A DNA stretch of 64,000 bases, taken from positions 5,397 to 69,396 of the forward strand of contig JAFTYR010000004.1 in assembly GCA_017461315.1 (NCBI GenBank), in the 5' to 3' direction. Source of the stretch: Burkholderiaceae bacterium (lineage in GTDB: Bacteria; Pseudomonadota; Gammaproteobacteria; Burkholderiales; Burkholderiaceae_F). Numbering within the stretch: the first letter of the stretch is position 1; every line of letters starts with the position of its first letter. The translations under genes were made by a program, and so were the position numbers. Below are positions 55,704-64,000 of this stretch, one piece after another. The notes beneath the pieces were generated by a model that saw only the letters and a list, made by a program, of their open reading frames with translations, searched no databases and was not told the DNA's origin.

Positions 55704-58700
55704 TTAATCACGTTTTTTAATCTTAGTCGAAACAAACCATGTGAAGAAAACAGGGATAAAGAATGTGGTAATGAAGGTTGCAGCGAGCATACCGCCTAAG
55801 ACCCCGGTACCCATGGATTGACGAGCCGCGGCGCCCGCACCTGTTGCAATGGCAAGTGGAACAACACCCAAAATAAAGGCCATGGACGTCATGATGATAG
55901 GACGCAGACGAAGCTTTGCTGCCTCTAATGCGGCTTCTATCGGTGGCAATCCTTCTTCCATCTTCTGAGCGGCGAATTCAACGATCAAAATCGCATTCTT
56001 GGCCGTTAAACCGATTAGAACGAGCAGACCAATTTGGAAGTAAATGTCGTTTGTAAATCCTCTAAAGTACGTAGCAACCAAAGCTCCTAATATGGAGTAG
56101 GGGACAGACATAACTACCGCAATTGGTAACGACCAACGTTCAAACTGAGCGGCGAGGATCAAGAAAATGATGATCATACCGAATACAAAGGCGTTGGTTG
56201 AAGAACTACCAATTCGTTTTTCATGGAAGGCCTGACCATTCCATTCAACGTGGAACCCGGTTGGTAAGTTATTCGCTTCGGTTTCAACAACACGGATGAT
56301 ATCACCGGTACTGTAACCCTGAGCGGCCTGTACGGTCATAGAAGCTGCTAAGAAACCATTCATACGCTTTAATGATTCAGGGCCAGAAGTTCTTTCAACG
56401 GTAGCTAAGGTTGAAATTGGAACCATTTTGCCCGAGCTTGAACGTACATAAAGTTCACCAAGAGATTCCGGTGTCATGCGATAAGGAGCATCTGCTTGAA
56501 TAATGACTCGGTAAATTTTCCCGATACGAGTAAAGTCATTAATGTATTTACCACCCATGAAATAAGCAAGAGTGTTATAAATATCCGCAATTGGTACACC
56601 CATCGCTAATGCTTTAGCTTCATCGATCGTTAGATAAAGCTGTGGTGCATCGGCTTGAAGCATGGCTCGCGAAGATGCAATACTCGGATCGGATAAAAGA
56701 CGATCTCGGAAGCTCTCAGCGACTTGCTGTACGATCAATGGATCATCAGTTTCACGAGATTGTAGATAGAAACTTAGACCTCCAGATCGTCCTAAACCAC
56801 GAATCGGAGCCGGATTAATCGCTTGACCAATTGAATCGGTTCGAGCATTTACAAGCTTTTGAATTTCTCGACGGATCGCTTCAGAATTGTTCGTTCGGTC
56901 TTTCCAGGGTTCAAGCTGAACGATCATGGTCGCAGCATTCGGCTTGTTGTCGTTAGCAATCGTATCATTCGATACTAAAGTCGTAACGTTCTTAACCCCT
57001 TCAATCTTACGAACTTCTTTATTTAATTCATCAACTACATGTCCCGTGCGCAATAAACTAGCGCCTTCTGGTAATTGCAAAGAAACTCTTAAAACACCTT
57101 GGTCTTCTCGAGGCACAAACGAAGTCGGTACGATTTCAAAAAGTTTCCAACAGAAAAAGAGAACAGCAAGGAGAATTACAGCGGTAACCCAACGCTTCTG
57201 AAGGTTAAATTGAACTCCCTTCAAGTACAGATTCTTAAAACCATCAAATCCCTGGTTAAAAATATTGAAGATTCGAGGGACTCGTTCACTGTTTTTTAAC
57301 AAAATGGCACATAGTGCTGGTGTTAAAGTTAAAGCAACAAAACCGGAAAGGATGACAGAAACTGCAATTGTTACGGCAAATTGACGGTAAAGCTCACCAG
57401 CCATGCCACCCAAGAAGGCAACAGGAGTGAAAACAGTAGTAAGAACCAACACGATGGCGACAAGTGCACCCGAGACTTCTTTCATGGCTTTCTGAGCTGC
57501 CTTCAGTGGTGAAAGATGCTCTTCTACCATGATACGTTCTACGTTTTCGAGAACCACAATCGCATCGTCAACCACAATACCAATGGCTAGTGTCATCGCA
57601 AATAGCGTTAACGTATTTAACGTAAAACCTAAAACCCATAGCCCGGCAAGCGTTCCAATTAACGATACCGGCACTGCTAGCATCGGAATAATCGTTGCTC
57701 GCCAACTCTGAAGGAATAGGTAAACGACTAAAAGAACCAGGATCAAAGCTTCGAGAAGCGTTTGCATCACCTCATCTAAAGCAGCTTCTACGAATAAAGA
57801 CGTATCGTCCGTAATGACATAGGTGATGTTTTCTGGGAAGTTCTTTGAAAGTTCCTCTAGACGTTTTTTAACGGCTTCAGCCGTAGCCATCGAATTAGCA
57901 CCGGTTTGCAGATAAACTGCAAAGGTGACACTTGGATAATCATTTAAGAGGTTATAGCCTTCGTAGCTACGATTTCCGACTTCAACTCGAGCGATATCGT
58001 GGATGCGAACAATACCATCGGCACCTTGGGAACGAACGATGATATTGCCGAATTCATCGGGACGTAATAATTGGCCCCGAGTACGGATGGTGTAAACCAA
58101 TTGTTGATCATCTGTGGTTGGAGCAACCCCTACTTTACCTGCTGCGTACTGGTAGTTTTGCTGTTCAATTGCATTCCGTACATCAATCGCTGTAATACCT
58201 AATTGAGCCATCTTGCGTGGATTTAACCAAATACGCATCGCACTTTGCGAGTTTCCATAAACCCCAACGTCACCGACTCCCGGAACTCGTTTGATTTCAT
58301 CAACTACATTAAGGTTAACGAAGTCAGCGAGTTCAATTGGTTTAAGATCGCCATTTGGAGAAAAGAAGGGCACCATTAGCAGAGTTTCTTCGCTTCGCTT
58401 ACGCACGGTCACACCGTCTTGTCGCACCGACTCAGGCAATCGTCTTTCTGCAGAACGGACGCGGTTATTAATTTCAAGCATTGCATCATTGGCGTCTGTT
58501 CCTACTTCGAAGGTACAAGCAATTCGTACCTGACCGTTAGATCGAATCGAAGTCTCGTAGTACAACAAGCCTTCAATACCGGATAATTGATCCTCAATGG
58601 GCGCTGCGACCGTTTTCGCGAGCGTCTGTGCATCTGCGCCTTCATAAGTCGTGTTGATCGACACAACAGGAGGTGCAATTTCTGGGTATTGCGCCATTGG

Positions 58701-58793
58701 CAAATCACGCCACGCAAGAAGACCGGCGATGATAATCAAAATTGACATAACCGCCGCAAAGATCGGACGGCGAATGCAAAACTGCGACAGCAT
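55704..58793 (-). CDS. RND (HAE1, AcrB-like) multidrug efflux permease
   Basis: 1029 aa. MLSQFCIRRPIFAAVMSILIIIAGL start and 12-TM / two-large-loop architecture. Confidence 0.93.
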   Translation of the reverse strand: MLSQFCIRRPIFAAVMSILIIIAGLLAWRDLPMAQYPEIAPPVVSINTTYEGADAQTLAKTVAAPIEDQLSGIEGLLYYETSIRSNGQVRIACTFEVGTDANDAMLEINNRVRSAERRLPESVRQDGVTVRKRSEETLLMVPFFSPNGDLKPIELADFVNLNVVDEIKRVPGVGDVGVYGNSQSAMRIWLNPRKMAQLGITAIDVRNAIEQQNYQYAAGKVGVAPTTDDQQLVYTIRTRGQLLRPDEFGNIIVRSQGADGIVRIHDIARVEVGNRSYEGYNLLNDYPSVTFAVYLQTGANSMATAEAVKKRLEELSKNFPENITYVITDDTSLFVEAALDEVMQTLLEALILVLLVVYLFLQSWRATIIPMLAVPVSLIGTLAGLWVLGFTLNTLTLFAMTLAIGIVVDDAIVVLENVERIMVEEHLSPLKAAQKAMKEVSGALVAIVLVLTTVFTPVAFLGGMAGELYRQFAVTIAVSVILSGFVALTLTPALCAILLKNSERVPRIFNIFNQGFDGFKNLYLKGVQFNLQKRWVTAVILLAVLFFCWKLFEIVPTSFVPREDQGVLRVSLQLPEGASLLRTGHVVDELNKEVRKIEGVKNVTTLVSNDTIANDNKPNAATMIVQLEPWKDRTNNSEAIRREIQKLVNARTDSIGQAINPAPIRGLGRSGGLSFYLQSRETDDPLIVQQVAESFRDRLLSDPSIASSRAMLQADAPQLYLTIDEAKALAMGVPIADIYNTLAYFMGGKYINDFTRIGKIYRVIIQADAPYRMTPESLGELYVRSSSGKMVPISTLATVERTSGPESLKRMNGFLAASMTVQAAQGYSTGDIIRVVETEANNLPTGFHVEWNGQAFHEKRIGSSSTNAFVFGMIIIFLILAAQFERWSLPIAVVMSVPYSILGALVATYFRGFTNDIYFQIGLLVLIGLTAKNAILIVEFAAQKMEEGLPPIEAALEAAKLRLRPIIMTSMAFILGVVPLAIATGAGAAARQSMGTGVLGGMLAATFITTFFIPVFFTWFVSTKIKKRD

Positions 58794-58796
58794 TGT

Positions 58797-59891
58797 TTAG
58801 TCCTTTTGAGTTGTTGCGGGAACTACCGACATACGGTCTTTTAACTTTTGAATTTGATCGATAATGACAAGTTCACCATCCTTTAGCCCTGAAGTAACAA
58901 TCCAGTCTTTGCCTAACCAACGACCAACGGTAACTTTTTGTTGACGAGCTTTACCGTCTCGTTCAACAAAAACCGCATAACTTCCGTCAGAAAGTTGAAG
59001 AATCGCACTTTGCGGGACTAAGAAAACATTCGGTTGAATTCCAAGAATCAATCGAACGGTGACATATTGTCCGGGCAACAAGTCGCTTTTTTCTAATTTG
59101 GCACTTAAAGAACGGGTACCGGTTTGTGGATCAATTTGAATAGCGGCGAAATCAAGAGTACCTTCTACTTTCTCTTTTAGCGTTTTATTGATGACGGTTA
59201 CCGGCGTTTTAGCAGTAAGTGTATAACCATGCAAATCCCGTTCACTGACAGAAAAACGAACTTTCAGGTTTTTATCCTGAGTAATATCAGTCAGTGCGGT
59301 TGTATTAGCATTAACCAAGGTTCCAGGATTTATGAGAGCCCGACCAGCAATCCCATCAACTGGAGCACGAACCTTGGTGTAACCTAAAGAAATCGAAGCT
59401 TCTCTAGCCTTGGCTTGAGCATTTAATAAATTTGCTTTGGCAATTAAATAATCGGACTGAGCATCAGTGTATTGCTTTTCGCTGACGGCTCGCTTTTGCC
59501 ACAGCGTTGCAAATCGCTTAGATTCCCGTAAGTTCTTCTCAACCGTTGCTTTTGCCAGTTGTACTTCAGCTCGGGCACTATCATAAGATGCTTGGAAGGG
59601 AGCGGGATCAATCACAAAAAGAACATCACCTTTCCTTACAGGATGTCCTTCTGTATAAGTCCGTTTTAAAACAGGACCGGTGACTTGTGGATGAACAATG
59701 ACTGCCGCTTCGCCTTCAGTTTGTCCAAAAACATCAACCCAGTAGGGTTGAGCCGTTGCAGTAGCTGTTAGCGTTTTAACGGGTACTGGTTTTGTCGTAT
59801 TTTTCGTTGTTTTTTTATCCTGACAACCGGTGAGTGAGCAAGTTGCAAAGAGGATACAAAAAGCTACTATTGTGGTTCGAGAAAGCTTCAT
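58797..59891 (-). CDS. RND efflux periplasmic adaptor (membrane fusion) lipoprotein
   Basis: 364 aa. Lipobox SLTGC, coiled-coil hairpin and barrel regions. Lies 3 nt upstream of the RND pump gene. Confidence 0.9.
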   Translation of the reverse strand: MKLSRTTIVAFCILFATCSLTGCQDKKTTKNTTKPVPVKTLTATATAQPYWVDVFGQTEGEAAVIVHPQVTGPVLKRTYTEGHPVRKGDVLFVIDPAPFQASYDSARAEVQLAKATVEKNLRESKRFATLWQKRAVSEKQYTDAQSDYLIAKANLLNAQAKAREASISLGYTKVRAPVDGIAGRALINPGTLVNANTTALTDITQDKNLKVRFSVSERDLHGYTLTAKTPVTVINKTLKEKVEGTLDFAAIQIDPQTGTRSLSAKLEKSDLLPGQYVTVRLILGIQPNVFLVPQSAILQLSDGSYAVFVERDGKARQQKVTVGRWLGKDWIVTSGLKDGELVIIDQIQKLKDRMSVVPATTQKD

Positions 59892-60027
59892 GATGTTTTT
59901 AAAAATCTATTCTCCCTTTTACTTGAGGATAACTCAAAAAAACCACTAAAACGCTTGGAATTGATTTTTATTTCAATAAAAAATTAGGGTTTTATCTCAA
60001 ATCGAAACGTATTTAAACAAATTGGTG

Positions 60028-61839
60028 TTAGTGGCTTAAAGGTTCTGTTTTTTTGAGTAACCATTGCGAGGTTTTGGGATCGTCTTGAACGAGACTGTAT
60101 AAAGAATCTCGTACTCTTTGATGATACTGATTGATCCAATCGATTTCGTCTTTAAGTAACTCTTCAACTAGAACACAATCTAAATCAATCGGACAAAGAG
60201 TTAGGGTTTCAAATTCTAGGAATGTTCCAAATTCAGTTGAACCCGCTAGGCGATTTGCAACAAGATTTTCAATCCGAATGCCCCAACGACTTGGTCGATA
60301 AAGACCTGGTTCGTTGCTAGTGACCATACCGACCTGCATGGCAGTTGCATCTGAAATCGTTGCCGATTGTCCTGGACGGATTCGTGGATAACTGATTCGC
60401 TGAGGACCTTCATGGACATTTAGGAAAAATCCGACACCGTGCCCTGTACCATGACCGTAATCAGACATTTGTCGCCAAAGCGGTTCTCGAGCAATTGCAT
60501 CAATGGCTTGAGATGAAATTCCTAATGGGAATTTAGCCATTGCAAGGCGAATATGTGAACGAAGTACCGCAGTGTAGTCTTGTTTCATTTCATAGGTAAT
60601 GGATCCAACGGGAATGGTTCGAGTAATGTCGGTGGTCCCTTCAGGAAATTGTGCTCCCGAATCAATTAATAAAAAGTTATTTTTAAGAATCGGAGAAGAA
60701 TTCTTTTCAGTTGCTCGATAGTGGGGGAGTGCTCCGTTAGGACCGAATGCTACAATGGTTTCAAAACTAATATCTGTAAAACGAGGTAAAGCACTGCGAT
60801 ATTCAAATAATTTCTCGGCAACGCTGACTTCTGTTAATTCTCCGGAATTCTTTTCTTGATCTAACCAAGCAAAAAAACGAACTAAAGCAACCCCATCTTG
60901 AAGCATAGCCTGACGAATTAAGGTAATTTCTTCGTCTGATTTAATGGCTTTGAATGCGGTTACAGGATTTGAAATGGGTAATACAGAAACCCTATCTGAG
61001 ACTTGGGTTGCTAAATAAGCATTGGTCTGATTGGGATCAAAACCGAGTGAACCTTTGTTTAGGTTTTTCAGATAATCATGAATGGATTCGTACGAATGGA
61101 TACGTATCGCATCCATTGACAAAGAACGTTCTATTTCTTTAGAAATAGAGGACAGATTAACAAAAAGATCGAGTGCGCCATCTTTTGAAACTAGAGCATA
61201 GCTATAAAACACTGGATTGTGCGGAATATCAGACGCCCTTAAGTTAGTCAACCAAGCAATGTCGTCTAATGTAGTTAGAAGCAAGCGATCGACGTGAAGT
61301 TGCTCCATTTTTGATTGAACAAGGTCGATTTTTTCTTTACGGCTTCGAGGTGAAACGCTATGTTCATAAATGCTTGAAAACCGTTGTTTAGGCCGATTTA
61401 ACCAAACTTGACTGGCTAAGTCTACGGTAGATCGAAGCTCTAAAGACTGCTCTTTTAGGTCTTTTTTGAGTTGGTTAAAACTAGACTGACTAAATAAAGT
61501 AGCATCGACAACAACTTGAGCTTTCGGATTTAATTGTTGGCTAAGCCACTCATCAATCGAAGGTGTATTTGATTCACCGTCTTTCATTAAGGTAATGCCA
61601 CTGGCTTCAAGTTCTTTTTGTGCTTGTTCCCAGTAGCGAGAATCGGTCCAAAGGGCACTTGAAGATAAGGTGACGACTAAGGTACCAGCGGATCCACTAA
61701 ACCCAGATAGAAAAGAGCGAAACTTAAAGTGCTCATCTAAATACTCTGATAAATGGGGATCTGAGGTAGGAATGATGCAAGCATCCCAGTGTTTTTCTTG
61801 TAAAAGATTTCTCAGACTAAATAGATGAGTGGTTACCAT
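60028..61839 (-). CDS. M24B aminopeptidase P-family protein (long form with N-terminal creatinase-like domains)
   Basis: HGTGHGVGFFLNVHEGP and SNEPGLY metal-site blocks. ATG 61839 has AGGA 11 nt upstream; the ORF is open to TTG 61848. Confidence 0.85.
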   Translation of the reverse strand: MVTTHLFSLRNLLQEKHWDACIIPTSDPHLSEYLDEHFKFRSFLSGFSGSAGTLVVTLSSSALWTDSRYWEQAQKELEASGITLMKDGESNTPSIDEWLSQQLNPKAQVVVDATLFSQSSFNQLKKDLKEQSLELRSTVDLASQVWLNRPKQRFSSIYEHSVSPRSRKEKIDLVQSKMEQLHVDRLLLTTLDDIAWLTNLRASDIPHNPVFYSYALVSKDGALDLFVNLSSISKEIERSLSMDAIRIHSYESIHDYLKNLNKGSLGFDPNQTNAYLATQVSDRVSVLPISNPVTAFKAIKSDEEITLIRQAMLQDGVALVRFFAWLDQEKNSGELTEVSVAEKLFEYRSALPRFTDISFETIVAFGPNGALPHYRATEKNSSPILKNNFLLIDSGAQFPEGTTDITRTIPVGSITYEMKQDYTAVLRSHIRLAMAKFPLGISSQAIDAIAREPLWRQMSDYGHGTGHGVGFFLNVHEGPQRISYPRIRPGQSATISDATAMQVGMVTSNEPGLYRPSRWGIRIENLVANRLAGSTEFGTFLEFETLTLCPIDLDCVLVEELLKDEIDWINQYHQRVRDSLYSLVQDDPKTSQWLLKKTEPLSH

Positions 61840-61850
61840 AAAAGTCAATC

Positions 61851-62207
61851 CTAATAAACCTTACGTAGCGTGCATGTTAAAGGAACGCCACTTTCTTCTT
61901 CACCAATGACTGTGTCTCCAATCGAGATTTTCTCGACTCGCCAACCCGCATCTCGTAATTCATTGAGTGTGGCGACTACATCCAAGTCACTACACTCAAA
62001 TGAAAAACCTCCTAAAGCCGTACTTGGTGTATATAAACCGGTACCTCGACACGTGGTCTGCATTCTCAACGGTGCATCGATCAGGGGATCGAGTTCAGAA
62101 CGGGTACTGTGAGGTTGAAAAGGTTGTTGATAACTCGATTGCATCGCACATCCCGTAAGCATTACAAGGATAAGTGTGGTGAGTATCAAAAACAGTCGAT
62201 TAGCCAT
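61851..62207 (-). CDS. small lipoprotein, function unknown
   Basis: 118 aa. Signal peptide plus lipobox LTGC. 8-nt overlap (ATGGCTAA) with the upstream DAHP synthase gene. Confidence 0.6.
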   Translation of the reverse strand: MANRLFLILTTLILVMLTGCAMQSSYQQPFQPHSTRSELDPLIDAPLRMQTTCRGTGLYTPSTALGGFSFECSDLDVVATLNELRDAGWRVEKISIGDTVIGEEESGVPLTCTLRKVY

Positions 62208-63297
62208 TTAGTTTTTTATCCAAAAGTTTTCGGTGAAGACGACGAATAATGTGTTCTGTCGTATCCCAATCAATACAAGCATCCGTTACAGAAACGCCAT
62301 ACTTTAATTGGCTTAAGTCTTCAGGAATCTTTTGATTTCCTTCGTTGATGTTGCTTTCAAGCATGACACCACAAATCGAAGTGTTGCCATTGATGATTTG
62401 AGTTACACAGTCACGAAGCACAAATGGTTGTAATGCAGGATCCTTCATACTATTAGCATGAGAGCAATCAACCACAATCCGCTTTGGAAGTCCCACTTTT
62501 TCTAAAGCTTTTTCAGCCAGCATAATGCTTACTGTATCGAAGTTCGGTCGTCCACCACCGCCTCTTAATACTAAGTGGCTATACTGATTTCCCTTGGTTT
62601 GTACGATGGCAGAATGCCCGTCTTCAGCTAAACCTAAGAAGAAATGAGGGCGACGGCTAGCCTGTACGGCGTTAATCGAAGCATCTAAAAGACCATCTGT
62701 TGAATTCTTGAAACCAACTGGAGCTGATAAGCCACTAGCCATTTCTCGGTGTGTTTGACTTTCTGTGGTTCTGGCTCCAATAGCGTACCAACTGACAAGT
62801 TCACCAATGTATTGAGGACCGAATGGATCTAGGGCTTCGGTAGCAATTGGAAGTCCCATTTCACTAATTTGAAGCATAAGTTGACGGGCCTTGAGCATGC
62901 CTTCGTCCATGCGGAAGGTGTTATTCATGTAAGGATCATTGATGTATCCTTTCCATCCGGTCACGGTTCTCGGTTTTTCAAAGTAAACACGCATCACCAA
63001 ATAAGTGGTTTCTTCCACTTGTTCGGCAAGTTCTTTAAGACGCTTGGCGTAGTCAAGGGCTGCGATCGGATCATGAATTGAACAAGGTCCCGTTACAACC
63101 ATGATTCGTTCATCCGTACCATCAATAATTCGTTTAATGGTGGTTCTCCCGGTAGCCACGGTTTGAGCCGCTTTTTCTGAAAGTGGAGCCTTAGCTTTAA
63201 TTTCCTGAGGAGTTGGCATCGGAGAAAAGGCCTCAATATTAATATCTTCAAGAGAAAGGCCTGCCATTTTCTGATTTTCGTTAAGTTCTGGTGTCAT
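62200..63297 (-). CDS. class I DAHP synthase, second paralogue (AroH/AroF-like)
   Basis: 365 aa. GPCSIHD, RVYFEKPRT and GARTTESQTHREMASGLSAPVGFKNSTDG. Clearly diverged from the aroG copy at 33765. Confidence 0.92.
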   Translation of the reverse strand: MTPELNENQKMAGLSLEDINIEAFSPMPTPQEIKAKAPLSEKAAQTVATGRTTIKRIIDGTDERIMVVTGPCSIHDPIAALDYAKRLKELAEQVEETTYLVMRVYFEKPRTVTGWKGYINDPYMNNTFRMDEGMLKARQLMLQISEMGLPIATEALDPFGPQYIGELVSWYAIGARTTESQTHREMASGLSAPVGFKNSTDGLLDASINAVQASRRPHFFLGLAEDGHSAIVQTKGNQYSHLVLRGGGGRPNFDTVSIMLAEKALEKVGLPKRIVVDCSHANSMKDPALQPFVLRDCVTQIINGNTSICGVMLESNINEGNQKIPEDLSQLKYGVSVTDACIDWDTTEHIIRRLHRKLLDKKLNG

Positions 63298-63321
63298 TCG
63301 TTGAATCCGTTTTAACTGACT

Positions 63322-64000
63322 TTAGTATTCTTGTGATCGAAACTGATTTTTCTTCCTAGAGAAATTCATTTTAGAGGTCGAAAACCGAGATTGTGTTCTC
63401 TGCGAGAACTTTTTGTGGTTTTTAAAATCCTTTTTGGCTCGATTAGGTTTCTTTGTGTTGTCTTCTTCGCATTTTGATACTTCCTGGTTGTAGTTAAATC
63501 CAGGAAAGTCGGACAGTGTGATCTTCTTTTTAAGGAACTTTTCAATATCTTGTAAGTATTGAAGTTCCCCTTCGCTTACCAAAGAAAAAGCTTCTCCTGA
63601 AAAACCGGCTCTTCCTGTGCGTCCAATTCGATGAACGTAGTCTTCGGCCTGTTGAGGTAATTCAAAATTAATGATCTGAGGTAATTGTTCAATATCAAGA
63701 CCACGAGCAGCGACGTCAGTAGCCACTAAAATCGGCAGTTCATGATTCTTAAACGCCTCTAATGCTTTAATTCGTTGTGCTTGGGTTTTATCGCCATGAA
63801 TAGCTAGAACTTTAAATCCATCTTCTTTAAGTTGTTTAGCTAATCGATCGCTAGTTGTTTTAGTTCGAGTAAAGATCAAAACTTGTTGCCACTGATTATC
63901 CACAATTAAATCTCGAACGGCTTCTCGTTTTAAAACTTCAGGCATTCGATACCAAGTTTGACGAACCAAATGAGTCGCCTTATTAGAATTAAGCTCAATA
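63322..64000 (-). CDS. DEAD-box RNA helicase (RhlE-like), C-terminal part; 5' end outside the window
   Basis: The frame is open to the window edge. Motifs: VLIFTRTK, HGDKTQAQR, ATDVAARGLDI, YVHRIGRTGRAG, and a basic C-terminal tail. Confidence 0.9.
   Translation of the reverse strand, partial: IELNSNKATHLVRQTWYRMPEVLKREAVRDLIVDNQWQQVLIFTRTKTTSDRLAKQLKEDGFKVLAIHGDKTQAQRIKALEAFKNHELPILVATDVAARGLDIEQLPQIINFELPQQAEDYVHRIGRTGRAGFSGEAFSLVSEGELQYLQDIEKFLKKKITLSDFPGFNYNQEVSKCEEDNTKKPNRAKKDFKNHKKFSQRTQSRFSTSKMNFSRKKNQFRSQEY

Noticed and set aside
1-64000. Search for mobile elements, CRISPR arrays, prophage, toxin-antitoxin or defence islands, and for unassigned ORFs in gaps over 130 nt.
   Set aside because: No transposase, integrase or Cas-like translations appear in any frame. 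There are no spaced direct-repeat arrays and no att-like duplication at the tRNA genes. Every long ORF not assigned to a gene overlaps a well-supported gene. The window reads as conserved core chromosome.

Overview
This window looks like ordinary core chromosome from a fairly AT-rich betaproteobacterium. The gene orders hisGDBHAFIE-HIT-tatABC and recA-recX-sucCD match the Burkholderiales pattern as I recall it. The presence of dcuA, hemG and lrgAB, with no sugar-utilisation genes, hints at an anaerobic, asaccharolytic Sutterellaceae-like organism; that is inference only. I can support about 62 protein genes: the his operon, the Tat translocon, ettA, mnmC/mnmA/trmB, metNI, recA/recX, sucCD, hemG/hemH, fadD, two M20 peptidases, two class-I DAHP synthases, tldD, yhdP, glnE, grpE-dnaK-dnaJ, a Dcu transporter and an RND efflux pair. 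There are also four tRNAs (Gly-CCC, two Lys-CUU, one Lys-UUU) and a set of intrinsic terminators and promoters. I found no IS element, integrase, phage gene, CRISPR array or recognisable defence or toxin system, so there is no obvious novel gene island here. The strongest finding is regulatory. An unannotated 26-codon leader ORF, MSNVRFSFSFYFYYSTNRRKMLMRTK, sits just upstream of aroG. It carries alternative terminator and antiterminator pairings, which makes it a candidate Phe/Tyr-sensing ribosome-mediated attenuator of a DAHP synthase. Secondary leads:
- a CdsA-family protein with a degenerate catalytic signature, coupled to a PlsC-type acyltransferase;
- a translationally coupled YjiH/YjiG-like membrane pair whose codon usage resembles highly expressed genes, next to an M20 peptidase;
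- a kinase-fold ORF that starts 5 nt after the tatC terminator;
- an LTXXQ protein wedged between mnmC and uppP;
- paired sigma32-type promoters sharing the -10 element CACCATAT;
- candidate FNR-type and direct-repeat sites upstream of the Dcu transporter.
All calls come from reading the sequence and the ORF translations and from recalled family motifs. No searches were run.
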